DNA from: an uncultured Gammaproteobacteria bacterium
Lineage (GTDB): Bacteria; Patescibacteriota; Patescibacteriia; Magasanikbacterales; GWA2-37-8
Length of the DNA: 64,000 nucleotides
Assembly (NCBI GenBank): GCA_964596525.1
Contig: CAZQUL010000001.1
Location: forward strand, 1,212,312-1,276,311
Direction of reading: 5' to 3'
Shown here in pieces: positions 27,901 through 37,229 of the stretch. The notes beneath the pieces are model-generated. The model had not been told where the DNA came from. It saw nothing but the letters and a program-made list of their open reading frames with translations, and did no database searches. A program made the translations under genes and the position numbers. Position 1 is the first letter of the stretch. The number at the start of each line of letters is the position of its first letter.

Positions 27901-28419
27901 ATGGCGGAACAACCCAAAACCACTCATCAATCGGAGGGCAGTAGTGTTGCACTCATCATTGCCGTTGTTTTCATTGTCATCGCGGCTTTAGGTGGTGTTG
28001 GTTATTATTACTACAACGAACTTGCTGCCGAAAACGAACTTGCGCCGCGCGCCGCAACACCAACGACCGTGGCTGTCACTCCGATTACTCCTGACGCCAC
28101 ATCCCCTACCGTTACCGAACCGAACCCGACAACGCCGGTAGTTCCGGTAGATCCGTATGAAGGCTGGAAAACCTACACCTTCCGCGGCGATACGGTTACG
28201 CCGGGCTTCACAATCCGCTATCCAGCTGGCTATGAAGTAGGCCAAAAGTTCGACAAGGATGGCAAAACCTTCATCATTTACTCGAGCACCGACAAAAACG
28301 AAGCTTCGGTAATGGAAATCTTGTATGAAACCGACGGCAGCGTCCGCTTTGGCCACGGCGACACGCAGGTCTGGGATTCGTTCGACATGGTGGTGAAAAG
28401 CTTCACTCAAATCCGCTAA
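27901..28419 (+). CDS. membrane-anchored protein with Pro/Thr linker and PsbP-like C-terminal domain
   Basis: single TM helix; WKTY..GFTIRYP..FDMVVKSF. Confidence 0.65.
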   Translation: MAEQPKTTHQSEGSSVALIIAVVFIVIAALGGVGYYYYNELAAENELAPRAATPTTVAVTPITPDATSPTVTEPNPTTPVVPVDPYEGWKTYTFRGDTVTPGFTIRYPAGYEVGQKFDKDGKTFIIYSSTDKNEASVMEILYETDGSVRFGHGDTQVWDSFDMVVKSFTQIR

Positions 28420-28441
28420 CAACGTAAGCCGATCGTAATCG

Positions 28442-28472
28442 AAAAAGCACCTATTCAACAAGGTGCTTTTTT
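28442..28472 (+). terminator. intrinsic terminator
   Basis: AAAAAGCACCT...AGGTGCTTTTTT. Confidence 0.7.
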
Positions 28473-28550
28473 GGCGTGACGACTGCACAAGCGGGATGCG
28501 CCACAGCACTCGTCAACACAGACATTAAAATAATATTTCTACAATCAACC

Positions 28551-28576
28551 AAAAATCCACCAGGCGGTGGATTTTT
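28551..28576 (-). terminator. terminator of the ribosomal protein operon
   Basis: AAAAATCCACC-aggc-GGTGGATTTTT just after the rpsI stop. Confidence 0.75.
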
Positions 28577-28589
28577 GTTGAGCAGCATT

Positions 28590-28997
28590 TTAACGCTTGC
28601 TCCACTGAGCGCTGCGGCGGGCTTTTTTGAAGCCGAATTTCTTGCGCTCTTTGACACGCGGGTCGCGGGTGAGAAGACCGGCGGTCTTGAGGGATTTTTT
28701 GAAGTCTTCGTTCCAGGTGACGAGCGCGCGGGCAATACCGTGCTGCACGGCAGTTGCTTGGCCTTTGGTGCCACCGCCAGCGACTTTGACCTGAACGGTC
28801 AGGTCTTTATCTTTACCGGCGAGCTTAAGCGGCGCAAGGATTTTTTCTTGATCCTCAAAGGTCGGGAAGTAGTCCTTGAGCGCTTTACCGTTAACGGTAA
28901 TTCCCGGCGTTCCTTTGTCGATTTTGACGCGGGCAGAAGCGGATTTGCGGCGGCCCACAGCGCGCGTTACATCGGTGGTTTTGGCGATTTTAGTCAT
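28590..28997 (-). CDS. rpsI: 30S ribosomal protein S9
   Basis: GRRKSASARV, GGG..GQA.A..HGIARAL, LTRDPRVKERKK, QWSKR. Confidence 0.97.
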   Translation of the reverse strand: MTKIAKTTDVTRAVGRRKSASARVKIDKGTPGITVNGKALKDYFPTFEDQEKILAPLKLAGKDKDLTVQVKVAGGGTKGQATAVQHGIARALVTWNEDFKKSLKTAGLLTRDPRVKERKKFGFKKARRSAQWSKR

Positions 28998-29009
28998 AAC
29001 CAGCTTGGA

Positions 29010-29360
29010 TTATTTAAACGACAAGCGGCGCAAACGAGCGGTGCGGTGCTTGTTTCGCGGCAGCATTTTGGATACAGCGTGGCGGATAACTTCTTCCGGC
29101 GATTCGGTGAGGAGTTTCTTGGCGGGAATGCGTTTCAAACCACCTGGATGCATGCTGTGGTGCTTATATTCTTTCTGCGCCAATTTTTTGCCGGTGAAAA
29201 CGATTTTATCAGCATTGGTAACGATCACTTTGTCACCAGCATCGATGTGGGGCGTATACGAAGCTTTGTGCTTGCCGATCAGAAAGGTGGCAATAGACGT
29301 AGCCAAGCGGCCAGGCGCGCTGCCGGTAGCGTCGATTTCGTGTTTTTTACGATTGGACAT
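29010..29360 (-). CDS. rplM: 50S ribosomal protein L13 (short form)
   Basis: IDA...GRLAT, GKHK.SYTPH.D.GD, HSMHPGGLK, MLP; ATG 29360. Confidence 0.96.
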   Translation of the reverse strand: MSNRKKHEIDATGSAPGRLATSIATFLIGKHKASYTPHIDAGDKVIVTNADKIVFTGKKLAQKEYKHHSMHPGGLKRIPAKKLLTESPEEVIRHAVSKMLPRNKHRTARLRRLSFK

Positions 29361-29370
29361 ACAAGAGACG

Positions 29371-29721
29371 TTAGACAAATTCTACCAGCACTTCCCCGGC
29401 GCCGTCGCCGACGCGGTTCTTGAGCGGGACAAGACGAGTGTAACCGCCCGGGCGAGTGGCGAAACGAGGGCCAAGCTGTTCGAAGAGCTTTTTAACCGCT
29501 TCTGGCGTATAGAGCGTGCTCGTGGCACGGCGACGGTTGGCCAAAGTATCGGTCTTAGCGGTCGTCACGAGGCGTTCCACGAGCTGGCGGGCAGCAGTGG
29601 CTTTGGCCTTGGTAGTAACGACTTTTTCGTGGATAATGAGACTTTCAGCCAAACCGCGGATAAGCGCGCGGCGAGGTCCGGTCTTGCGATCCAGCGTAAG
29701 TTTCTTTTTTTGATGGCGCAT
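29371..29721 (-). CDS. rplQ: 50S ribosomal protein L17
   Basis: MRH...L.R...R.AL, TT..KA, RPGGYTR. Confidence 0.97.
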   Translation of the reverse strand: MRHQKKKLTLDRKTGPRRALIRGLAESLIIHEKVVTTKAKATAARQLVERLVTTAKTDTLANRRRATSTLYTPEAVKKLFEQLGPRFATRPGGYTRLVPLKNRVGDGAGEVLVEFV

Positions 29722-29757
29722 AATAAGCGAATACCAGTGGTTCTTTTCGGAACCGGA

Positions 29758-30594
29758 TTATTTCTTTTTAGATTTTTTAGCTTTTTTGGCCGGAGCCTCT
29801 TCATCAGACGACGTTTCAGCAGATTCATCGGTGGCTTCGGATTCAGTAGCTTCAGGCTCGGGAGAAGCAGCCGGAGCAGCGTGCGAGACGCCGCCTTTGA
29901 CGCGTTCGGAAGCAGCTTCGAGGATGATCGAGAAGTGGTTCATGAGGATCTCAGTGCTCTGATGCACAGCTTCTTCCGGGGTGATGGTGCCGTTGGTTTC
30001 GATGGTCAAGGTCAAGCGTTCGTAGTTGGTAATGTCACCGACACGGGTGTATTCCACCTTATAGCCCACGTCGCGGACTGGGGTATATACCGAGTCCATG
30101 ACGATCGTGCCGAGGTCGTAGTTTTTCTTGTCCTTTTCTTCGACTGGCTTGAAACCGCGGCCTTTGCCGACCGTGATTTCCATGTCGAGCGTTTTGTTGC
30201 CCGTGAGGTTGGCGATGACGAGATCGGGGTTGACCACTTCGACGCTCGAGTTTTTCTCGATATCGGCGGCGGTTACTGGACCAGCGCCTTTCTTGACGAG
30301 CTTAAGAGTCACCGGATCATCGGCAAAGACGCGCACGACGAGCTGCTTAAGGTTAAGCATGATGTGGAGCGCGTCCTCTTGCACACCATCAACAGTGCTG
30401 AATTCGTGCTGGACGCCTTTGATCTTGAAATGTTCGACCGCAGCACCCGGCAAGGACGAAAGGAGAACGCGGCGGAACGCATTACCGAGCGTGGTGCCGT
30501 AGCCGTGGTAGCAGGGCATGATAACTACCGTACCGGAATGAGGTGTAGCTCCGCTTTGAAACTCAACCTTCGAAGGAAGAAGAAATTTTTCCAT
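29758..30594 (-). CDS. rpoA: RNA polymerase alpha subunit, lacking the alpha-CTD
   Basis: GYGTTLGNAFRRVLLSSLPG, HEFSTVDGV.ED, TNG.I.P.EA; ends in a low-complexity tail. Confidence 0.95.
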   Translation of the reverse strand: MEKFLLPSKVEFQSGATPHSGTVVIMPCYHGYGTTLGNAFRRVLLSSLPGAAVEHFKIKGVQHEFSTVDGVQEDALHIMLNLKQLVVRVFADDPVTLKLVKKGAGPVTAADIEKNSSVEVVNPDLVIANLTGNKTLDMEITVGKGRGFKPVEEKDKKNYDLGTIVMDSVYTPVRDVGYKVEYTRVGDITNYERLTLTIETNGTITPEEAVHQSTEILMNHFSIILEAASERVKGGVSHAAPAASPEPEATESEATDESAETSSDEEAPAKKAKKSKKK

Positions 30595-30627
30595 AAAAAG
30601 GTACGATTAAAGGTAATGCGATTAGAA

Positions 30628-31236
30628 TTAACGAGAATAAAACTCGATAATCGACTTGGCATTGAATTGCGGTTCCTCGAGAGCCGGGGCGCTAACGACC
30701 TTAGCTTCCCAGTTTTTGGCATTGACCGCGAGCCAGGACGGGGCTTCGAGTTTAGCAAGCTTCTCGCCGAGTTCGGCAAAATTCTTGCTTTTCTTGGATG
30801 ATTCCTTGATGGTTAGTATATCACCCGGCTTCACCCGATAGGAAGCGATGTCGACTTTTTTGTCATTGACGCGGATATGGCCGTGCGAAACGAGCTGACG
30901 GGCAGCGCGGCGCGACATGGCTAAACCAGCGCGGTAGACGGCGTTGTCGAGGCGCGCTTCGAGGTACGATAAAAGGATTTTGCTGGTGTCACCGGTTTTG
31001 TTGGCAGCTTCGGCGACGTAGCGGGCAAACTGGCGTTCAAGGATACCGTACAACGCTTTAGCTTTCTGTTTTTCACGCAGCTGTTTGCCGAAACCCGAGA
31101 GTTTGGCATGCTTGCGGTTGGCACCATGCTGGCCAGCCGGATAATTCCGCTTGGTGATGGGGCATTTAGGAGAATCGCACAGCTTTTCGCCGTATTGGCG
31201 GCAGAGTTTGTGCTTGGGTTTAAGATCACGAGCCAT
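30628..31236 (-). CDS. rpsD: 30S ribosomal protein S4
   Basis: PAGQHG, QLREKQK, LEARLDN, ARQLVSHGH, IIEFYSR. Confidence 0.97.
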   Translation of the reverse strand: MARDLKPKHKLCRQYGEKLCDSPKCPITKRNYPAGQHGANRKHAKLSGFGKQLREKQKAKALYGILERQFARYVAEAANKTGDTSKILLSYLEARLDNAVYRAGLAMSRRAARQLVSHGHIRVNDKKVDIASYRVKPGDILTIKESSKKSKNFAELGEKLAKLEAPSWLAVNAKNWEAKVVSAPALEEPQFNAKSIIEFYSR

Positions 31237-31263
31237 AAGGTGTGGAAATAGTGGAGGTGAAGA

Positions 31264-31701
31264 CTAAACGCGGCGGCGTTTGGGCGGACGGCATCCGTTG
31301 TGCGGAACCGGCGTCACATCCGTGATGGAGATGACGTTGAGGCCGTTGGCGTGCAAAGCACGGACCGCGGATTCGCGGCCACCGCCGATGCCTTTGACAT
31401 AGACAAATACTTCCTTAAGGCCGTAATCGACGATCTTGCCGAGCAACGTTTTGACGACCACGCTCGCGGCGTACGGAGTGGCTTTCTTGGGACCTTTAAA
31501 ACCATTAGCACCCGACGATGACCAGCCCAAGACGTTACCGTTCGGGTCGGTGATGGTGACGATGGTGTTGTTGTAGGTAGCCTGAACGTACACATTGCCG
31601 CGCGGCACCTGTTTCACGATTTTGCGTTTCTTGGCCGGAGCGACCTTTTTATCGCCCGAGGCTTTTTCCTGGCTGGAAGAGAGTTGTTTTTCTTCGGTCA
31701 T
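31264..31701 (-). CDS. rpsK: 30S ribosomal protein S11
   Basis: [38 protein letters not shown]. Confidence 0.98.
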   Translation of the reverse strand: MTEEKQLSSSQEKASGDKKVAPAKKRKIVKQVPRGNVYVQATYNNTIVTITDPNGNVLGWSSSGANGFKGPKKATPYAASVVVKTLLGKIVDYGLKEVFVYVKGIGGGRESAVRALHANGLNVISITDVTPVPHNGCRPPKRRRV

Positions 31702-31737
31702 ACGAAGAGCATGAAATAGTTACGGAAAAAAGGGGCG

Positions 31738-32124
31738 TTAGGTCTTCTGGCCGGTATCTTTGCGGCCGCTGCCCATGGTTTTGCGGGTATTGCCGCGCAC
31801 GGTGCGGGAGTTGGTCTTGGTGCGCTGACCGCGAACCGGAAGGTGTTTCATGTGACGGATACCGCGGTAGGACTTGATATCCTTCATGCGCTTAATGGAG
31901 GCCTGCACTTCACGGCGCAGGTCGCCTTCGACCGTGAATTTCTTTTCCACGATGTCGCGCAGGGCGTCCTGCTGCTCAGTGGTCAGGTCTTTGGTGCGAA
32001 TATTTTCGTCGATTTTTGCTTCGACCAAGATTTTCTTGGCAAGCGTTGGTCCGATGCCGTAAATATAGGGCAAAGACGCGACGATGCGTTTTTCTTTGGG
32101 AATGTTGATACCAGCGATACGCAT
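31738..32124 (-). CDS. rpsM: 30S ribosomal protein S13
   Basis: RIAGINIP, IYGIG, YRGIRH..LPVRGQRTKTN.RT. Confidence 0.98.
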   Translation of the reverse strand: MRIAGINIPKEKRIVASLPYIYGIGPTLAKKILVEAKIDENIRTKDLTTEQQDALRDIVEKKFTVEGDLRREVQASIKRMKDIKSYRGIRHMKHLPVRGQRTKTNSRTVRGNTRKTMGSGRKDTGQKT

Positions 32125-32159
32125 AAGTATGATTTGGCAGTTGTTAAGCCATTAACAAA

Positions 32160-32276
32160 TTAACCCTGGCGTTGCTTATGTTTAGGGGTCTTTTTGCAGA
32201 CGATCATAAGGCGACCTTTGCGGCGCACCACTTTGCAGCTGGTGCAGACAGTTTTTACCGAAGCGCGGACTTTCAT
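32160..32276 (-). CDS. rpmJ: 50S ribosomal protein L36 (missing from the ORF track)
   Basis: hand translation [38 protein letters not shown]. Confidence 0.97.
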   Translation of the reverse strand: MKVRASVKTVCTSCKVVRRKGRLMIVCKKTPKHKQRQG

Positions 32277-32427
32277 ACCACACGGGAACGAATTAAATTA
32301 AACAAATGTTAGATAAGAAAAAATACCAACCACTGCCGCGATATCGACGTCCTTTATGGCGAGCATGCGCTCCCTAAGAACTACACCGCACTGGTTGATA
32401 TAATCTTGATTTTTTCTTGTCAACTAT

Positions 32428-32652
32428 TTAGGACAAACGGCGACTGATTCGGCCTCTGGTGAGGTCGTAGGTACTCATTTCCACCTCTACCCGATCTCCG
32501 ATAGCGATGCGGATGCGGTTGCGGCGCATACTGCCCGAGAGATAGGCATTAATCTTCTGTCCGGTCTCGGTAAGCTGCACGCGGAACGTGGTTGAGGGCA
32601 AGAGCTCTACGACGGTAGCAGAAACAACGAATTCGGATTCTTCTTTAGCCAT
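32428..32652 (-). CDS. infA: translation initiation factor IF-1
   Basis: [38 protein letters not shown]. Confidence 0.96.
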   Translation of the reverse strand: MAKEESEFVVSATVVELLPSTTFRVQLTETGQKINAYLSGSMRRNRIRIAIGDRVEVEMSTYDLTRGRISRRLS

Positions 32653-32737
32653 TGTACCGAAAATAACTGAATAAATAGCTGTCGTTGGCTAGTATAACTA
32701 ATAAACGACAGTCCGTCAAGGGGTGACCTATGACGAA

Positions 32738-33190
32738 TTAAAAGCGGCGAAACGTGGTGGAAGCGCCGGGTGGAACAATTTGTACAGAACGAGCGGTTAG
32801 GGTGCCATCATTAGCCACCGGTCCTTGAATAATTACTTGGGTACCGGAGATAAGGTCTTGGTGGGTAGCCGGCGATAGCTTGGCAATGGTGGTAGAAGCT
32901 GAGAGGAGCACGATTTTCGATCCGCCATCGCGGAGTTTAACCGTTATAGACGAAGCATCGTGGGCGATGATTTCGCCGGCGGTTGGCGCTGCACCACCCA
33001 TGAGCACACCTCCGCGTGGTACTCCCCCGCCACCCATCCCGCCGTTTGCACCACGGTTGAACATCATGGCATTGTTAGAGCCACGGCCCGGAACTACTGA
33101 CTGGGAGCGTCCATAAGCCCGGCCAGCAAAAAATGTACCGCCCGCGACGGCAAGGCCAATAACAGCGATGATGATGGATTGCTTGTGCAT
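32738..33190 (-). CDS. membrane-anchored accessory protein of the ABC exporter operon (DUF5666-like)
   Basis: ATG 33190; TM helix, Gly-rich linker, GEII..D..SITVKL.DGGSKIV. Confidence 0.7.
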   Translation of the reverse strand: MHKQSIIIAVIGLAVAGGTFFAGRAYGRSQSVVPGRGSNNAMMFNRGANGGMGGGGVPRGGVLMGGAAPTAGEIIAHDASSITVKLRDGGSKIVLLSASTTIAKLSPATHQDLISGTQVIIQGPVANDGTLTARSVQIVPPGASTTFRRF

Positions 33191-33224
33191 ACAAGTAAGA
33201 ATGAGGTTAAAAAAGCAAGATAAT

Positions 33225-34448
33225 TTATTCATAGCGCAACGCTTCGATCGGGTCGAGTGCGGCCGCACGACGGGCGGGATAATAGCCGAACACGACACCG
33301 ATGAGCGTGGAAACACCGACCGCAAGCGCGATGGCCGACCAGGAGACTTCGACCGCAATACCGCCGAAGCGTTGCATGAGCAGCGCTGCCCCCCTCCCCA
33401 CTCCAATACCGAGAACGCCGCCCGTGAGAGTAAGAGCAAGCGCCTCGCCCAAAAACTGGCGGCTTACGTCGCGACGACGAGCACCGAGCGCTTTACGCAA
33501 ACCTATTTCGCGCAGGCGTTCGGTGACGGTGGTAAGCATCATGTTCATAATGCCAATACCACCGACAACAAGGGAAATACCCGCGACTGAGCCGAGGAGC
33601 ATGGTAAACGTATCAGCAACAGACGAAGCAGTGGCAACGATATCGGACTGGTTGATGACCGTAAAGTCAGCTGCTTCGGGATTAGAAATCTTATGCCGCT
33701 CGAGAAGAGCGTAGGTCACTTCTTGCTGCACGGCAGTCATGGTTTTTTGGTCTACAGCTTGCACGCCGATACTACTAACGAAATCGCTGCCGAACAAAAA
33801 GGTTTGGGCCGTAGATAGGGGCACAAAAATCATGTCATCGGGATTGGAAAAACCGCTCCCACCTTTGGCTGCCGTAACGCCGATGACCGTAAATTCCAGT
33901 TGTTTGATACGGATTTTTTTGCCGAGCGCATCAGCCCCTTCGCCAAAGAGATCGTCACGCACCGTGGGGCCGATGACCGCCACTTTGGAGCGGTTGGAAA
34001 GATGAAGTGCGGTCACGAACGTGCCCTCGGCGACCGTGGTATTGCGCACTGCGGCGTAAGCAGGTTCAACGCCGACGATCTGCGTATTGGTATTGGTGCC
34101 GCGCGCAGTAACTTGGTAGCGGCCGGAAACTTCGGGCGAGACGGCTTTGATGTTAGGACTGAGCGTTGCGAGGGCAGCCGCATCGTCCACTGTCAGCGTT
34201 TGCGCCGAACCGCGCCCAGCGCTCACTTGGATACCGGTACCACGCTGCGCACCCGGCATGACCATGATGAGGTTCGAACCAAGCGCCTGGATATTGGATT
34301 CAATGGTTTTTTGCGCACCGCTCCCGATGGCGACCATGGCGATAACGGCTCCGATGCCGATGACGATCCCAAGCATAGTGAGGCCGGAGCGAAGCTTGTT
34401 ACCAAGGATCGCCCGATACACCTGGCGGATAAGGTCGGAAAACTTCAT
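33225..34448 (-). CDS. MacB/FtsX-family ABC transporter permease
   Basis: NKLRS.LTMLGIVIG, GGIGIMNMML.TVTER.REIGLRKALGA, PARRAA.LDPIEALRYE. Confidence 0.95.
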   Translation of the reverse strand: MKFSDLIRQVYRAILGNKLRSGLTMLGIVIGIGAVIAMVAIGSGAQKTIESNIQALGSNLIMVMPGAQRGTGIQVSAGRGSAQTLTVDDAAALATLSPNIKAVSPEVSGRYQVTARGTNTNTQIVGVEPAYAAVRNTTVAEGTFVTALHLSNRSKVAVIGPTVRDDLFGEGADALGKKIRIKQLEFTVIGVTAAKGGSGFSNPDDMIFVPLSTAQTFLFGSDFVSSIGVQAVDQKTMTAVQQEVTYALLERHKISNPEAADFTVINQSDIVATASSVADTFTMLLGSVAGISLVVGGIGIMNMMLTTVTERLREIGLRKALGARRRDVSRQFLGEALALTLTGGVLGIGVGRGAALLMQRFGGIAVEVSWSAIALAVGVSTLIGVVFGYYPARRAAALDPIEALRYE

Positions 34449-34453
34449 AGCCC

Positions 34454-36403
34454 TTAACGTGCCTGGAAACGGATTGCGTTGCCCCCTGTGCCGCCGGTTG
34501 TGAAGGCGCGGGTTGCGCCGCTCGCTCCAGTACCAAACGGTAGAACGCTTTGCTGCCGATTCGCAGGAGCCGCCGAAGAAGCCGTAGTCGGCACAATGGT
34601 GCGGCTGACGATGGTCATACCTTCAGTAAGGCCGCTCGTAATTTCTACCACTTCGCCGTTGTCGAGGCCGGTTGTGACGGGAACTTGACGCGGCGCTTCT
34701 GAGAGCTCAACGCCTTGGAGGTTTGTACCGGCAGGCGGATTATCGACGACTTCGACATAACGTTCTTCGCCAAAACTTTTGACCGCGGCGGCTGGAACGG
34801 TGATAACGTCATTTTTGAGGGAAGTAATAATTTGAGCGGAGACGCTCATGCCGTTTTTAATCCGCGCGTCGTTGGTATCGAAGCTCATGGTTACGCCGTA
34901 GCTCACAACACCTTGGCTCACCGTGCCGATCGGATCGATTTCGGTGACTTTACCGGTGATCGTCACACCGTCAATAGCATCAAAGCTCAGCGTGGCTTTT
35001 TGGCCAACCTTAACCTGGGCAACATCGACTTCGTTGAGCGTGATCGCAGCGGTGTATTGGTCGGAGACTACGGTAAAAGCCACGGTTCCAGCGGAAACGG
35101 ATTCGCCTTTTTTGATACTGACTGAAGCGATTTTGCCTGCTACCGGCGAGGTAATGGTGTAGTTGGCAAGCTCGGCCCTGGCATCGCGGAGTGCATTGCG
35201 GCGAGAAGTGAGCGTAAGTTCTTGGGAGCGTACGTCGAGTGGGTCAGGCGGCGTCGTGAGCTTGGCAAGTGAGAGTTCGCGCTCGGCGATGCGGCGCTCG
35301 GCCTGAGTTTTGGCCAAAGGTTCGGTAACAGCAAGCTTACTTAGGGCAGATTCAGCATCGCGAAGCGTCTGACCTGCCTGCTTAATGGTTTTTTGAAGTG
35401 ATAAAAGTTTGGTTACATGGCTGTTGTTGGTGGACGTAAATGAGTCAAGTTGAGAGATGTGGGTTTTTATGATCGCCGGAACGGCGGTGGAAAAACCGGG
35501 TTTGCGGATAATGTCATCAACAAAATCGATATACGTATGGGTAGTCTTGAGCGCATCAGCGGTAAACTGGGTAAGTTTGTACGTGTCGTTAATAAGACGT
35601 TCAGTCTCCGCGGGGACGGCAGAGGCGCGATTCATGGTCTTAAAACGCGCCAAAATTTCGTCGTAGAGGACGCGTACCCGTTCGTAAGCAGTAGCAACAT
35701 CGGTGCGATACATCACGACCTCGGGATTCGTAAGATTGACCTGGTTGGCATACCAATCGATATTGTTGGAACGAGAATCAATGGAGGAGGAGTACAAAAT
35801 ATCCTTAAGCCCGGAAATGACTGACGGCAAATCCAAAAAAGCGTCGGTGACGGCGCTGAAACCTTCTTCGTACGTTTCATTCTCTGTGAGGATGGCCTCC
35901 TGCTTTTGATCTTCGAGCTTCTGGCGGTTTTCAGCTTGCGTAAGAAGGAGTGTTTTCAAATCTTCTTTGGCCTGGGCAACCGCATGCTCAGCTTCGGTAC
36001 GCGACAAGGTGTCAGGTGGTTGCTTGAATTTATCATAGCTTACCTGCGCGCTTTGGAGTGAAAGCTCGGCATCGCGAATGGTGCGCATAACGTCCCGAGT
36101 ATCGATTTTAGCGAGTGTGGTCGTGGGAGTTATTTTTTGGCCGAGAACGGCGGTGAGGCTCGTTATGGCACCCGAGGCTTTGGGTTTTACTTCCATCGTG
36201 TAGGCGGTCGAAACTTGGCCACTGCCTGATACCGTAGAAACCACTGCGCCGCGCTCGACCGAGGCAAGAACGTAACGGACCGTTTCGGTGGTAGCGAACG
36301 CAGAGCGGTACCAGACAACAGAGCCACCGCCCACCGCGACAACAGCTAGACTGATAATCCACACTTTATGGCGGATAAACAAGGGGTATAATCGTTCACG
36401 CAT
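34454..36403 (-). CDS. periplasmic adaptor / membrane fusion protein (MacA/HlyD-like) with extended coiled coil
   Basis: TM helix; VSGSGQV; ITSPVAG; NEVDVAQVKVGQ; IKNGMS; VEITSGL.EG. Confidence 0.9.
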   Translation of the reverse strand: MRERLYPLFIRHKVWIISLAVVAVGGGSVVWYRSAFATTETVRYVLASVERGAVVSTVSGSGQVSTAYTMEVKPKASGAITSLTAVLGQKITPTTTLAKIDTRDVMRTIRDAELSLQSAQVSYDKFKQPPDTLSRTEAEHAVAQAKEDLKTLLLTQAENRQKLEDQKQEAILTENETYEEGFSAVTDAFLDLPSVISGLKDILYSSSIDSRSNNIDWYANQVNLTNPEVVMYRTDVATAYERVRVLYDEILARFKTMNRASAVPAETERLINDTYKLTQFTADALKTTHTYIDFVDDIIRKPGFSTAVPAIIKTHISQLDSFTSTNNSHVTKLLSLQKTIKQAGQTLRDAESALSKLAVTEPLAKTQAERRIAERELSLAKLTTPPDPLDVRSQELTLTSRRNALRDARAELANYTITSPVAGKIASVSIKKGESVSAGTVAFTVVSDQYTAAITLNEVDVAQVKVGQKATLSFDAIDGVTITGKVTEIDPIGTVSQGVVSYGVTMSFDTNDARIKNGMSVSAQIITSLKNDVITVPAAAVKSFGEERYVEVVDNPPAGTNLQGVELSEAPRQVPVTTGLDNGEVVEITSGLTEGMTIVSRTIVPTTASSAAPANRQQSVLPFGTGASGATRAFTTGGTGGNAIRFQAR

Positions 36404-36568
36404 AGTAAAACCCAGAATTCGGACAAAGGATTAATGAATTGATCTTAAATTACTGCATCTTAGAGACATAAAATCCAAGACAAGGCGGGAGAGGAGAAAA
36501 AGGGAGGTGTTAACTTTTTCCCTCTCCGCCGTGCCCAGGTCCAAGAAAGCTTGGCCTCTCTCGCCCAT

Positions 36569-36597
36569 TACTACAACGGCTCACCACGTTTATTTCA
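36569..36597 (-). promoter_or_regulatory. putative ECF-sigma promoter for the adaptor/ABC operon
   Basis: TGAAATAAA-N13-TGTAGTA on the - strand, same motif as the + copy. Confidence 0.7.
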
Positions 36598-36618
36598 TGG
36601 CGAAAAAAACACTTATTT

Positions 36619-36647
36619 TGAAATAAAATGCCAGACGTGGTGTAGTA
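36619..36647 (+). promoter_or_regulatory. putative autoregulatory ECF-sigma promoter
   Basis: TGAAATAAA-N13-TGTAGTA, 30 bp upstream of the ECF gene; resembles SigW TGAAAC-N16-CGTA. Confidence 0.7.
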
Positions 36648-36677
36648 GGTGCTAGAGAGAGCACTTTATATCATTGT

Positions 36678-37229
36678 ATGAATGGACTTACCGACGAGGA
36701 GATCGTACGGCGCATCCATACGGGTGAAAAGAGATTATTTGGCGAAATCATGGAACGGTACGAAGAAAGACTGAAGCGGTATGCCAAAAAATTCCTACTG
36801 GGCTATGAAGAAGCCGACGATTTGACGCAAGACGTGTTCATTAAGGCCTACACCCATATCCATAGTTTTGATCCAGAGCGCAAGTTTTCCTCCTGGATTT
36901 ACCGCATCGCCCATAACGAAGCCATCAACACCATCAAGAAGAAGAAACGCGAACCGCTTGGCTACTTCGATATGGACGTATTCTTTCCCCAACCGCGCTC
37001 AGCGCATCCGGCGGACCGCGAAGTCAAAGAGAACGAATTAACCGGGTTCGTAGCCGATCACCTGGGGAAACTAGCCCCCAAATACCGCGAACCGCTCGTA
37101 CTCTATTATTTCGAAGATCTGTCGTACCAAGAAATCGCCGACATCATGCATATTCCTGTCGCCACCGTCGGCGTACGCATCAATCGGGCCAAAAAAACGT
37201 TAAAAGAATTCATTGGATCGTATGAATAA
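36678..37229 (+). CDS. ECF RNA polymerase sigma factor (SigW-like)
   Basis: DLTQDVFIKAY, FSSWIYRIAHN, LSYQEIADIM.IP..TV..RI.RAK. Confidence 0.93.
   Translation: MNGLTDEEIVRRIHTGEKRLFGEIMERYEERLKRYAKKFLLGYEEADDLTQDVFIKAYTHIHSFDPERKFSSWIYRIAHNEAINTIKKKKREPLGYFDMDVFFPQPRSAHPADREVKENELTGFVADHLGKLAPKYREPLVLYYFEDLSYQEIADIMHIPVATVGVRINRAKKTLKEFIGSYE

Noticed and set aside
28876-30801. 641-aa ORF on the + strand
   Set aside because: Antisense shadow of rpsI-rplM-rplQ-rpoA-rpsD; no motifs; expected from codon bias of highly expressed genes
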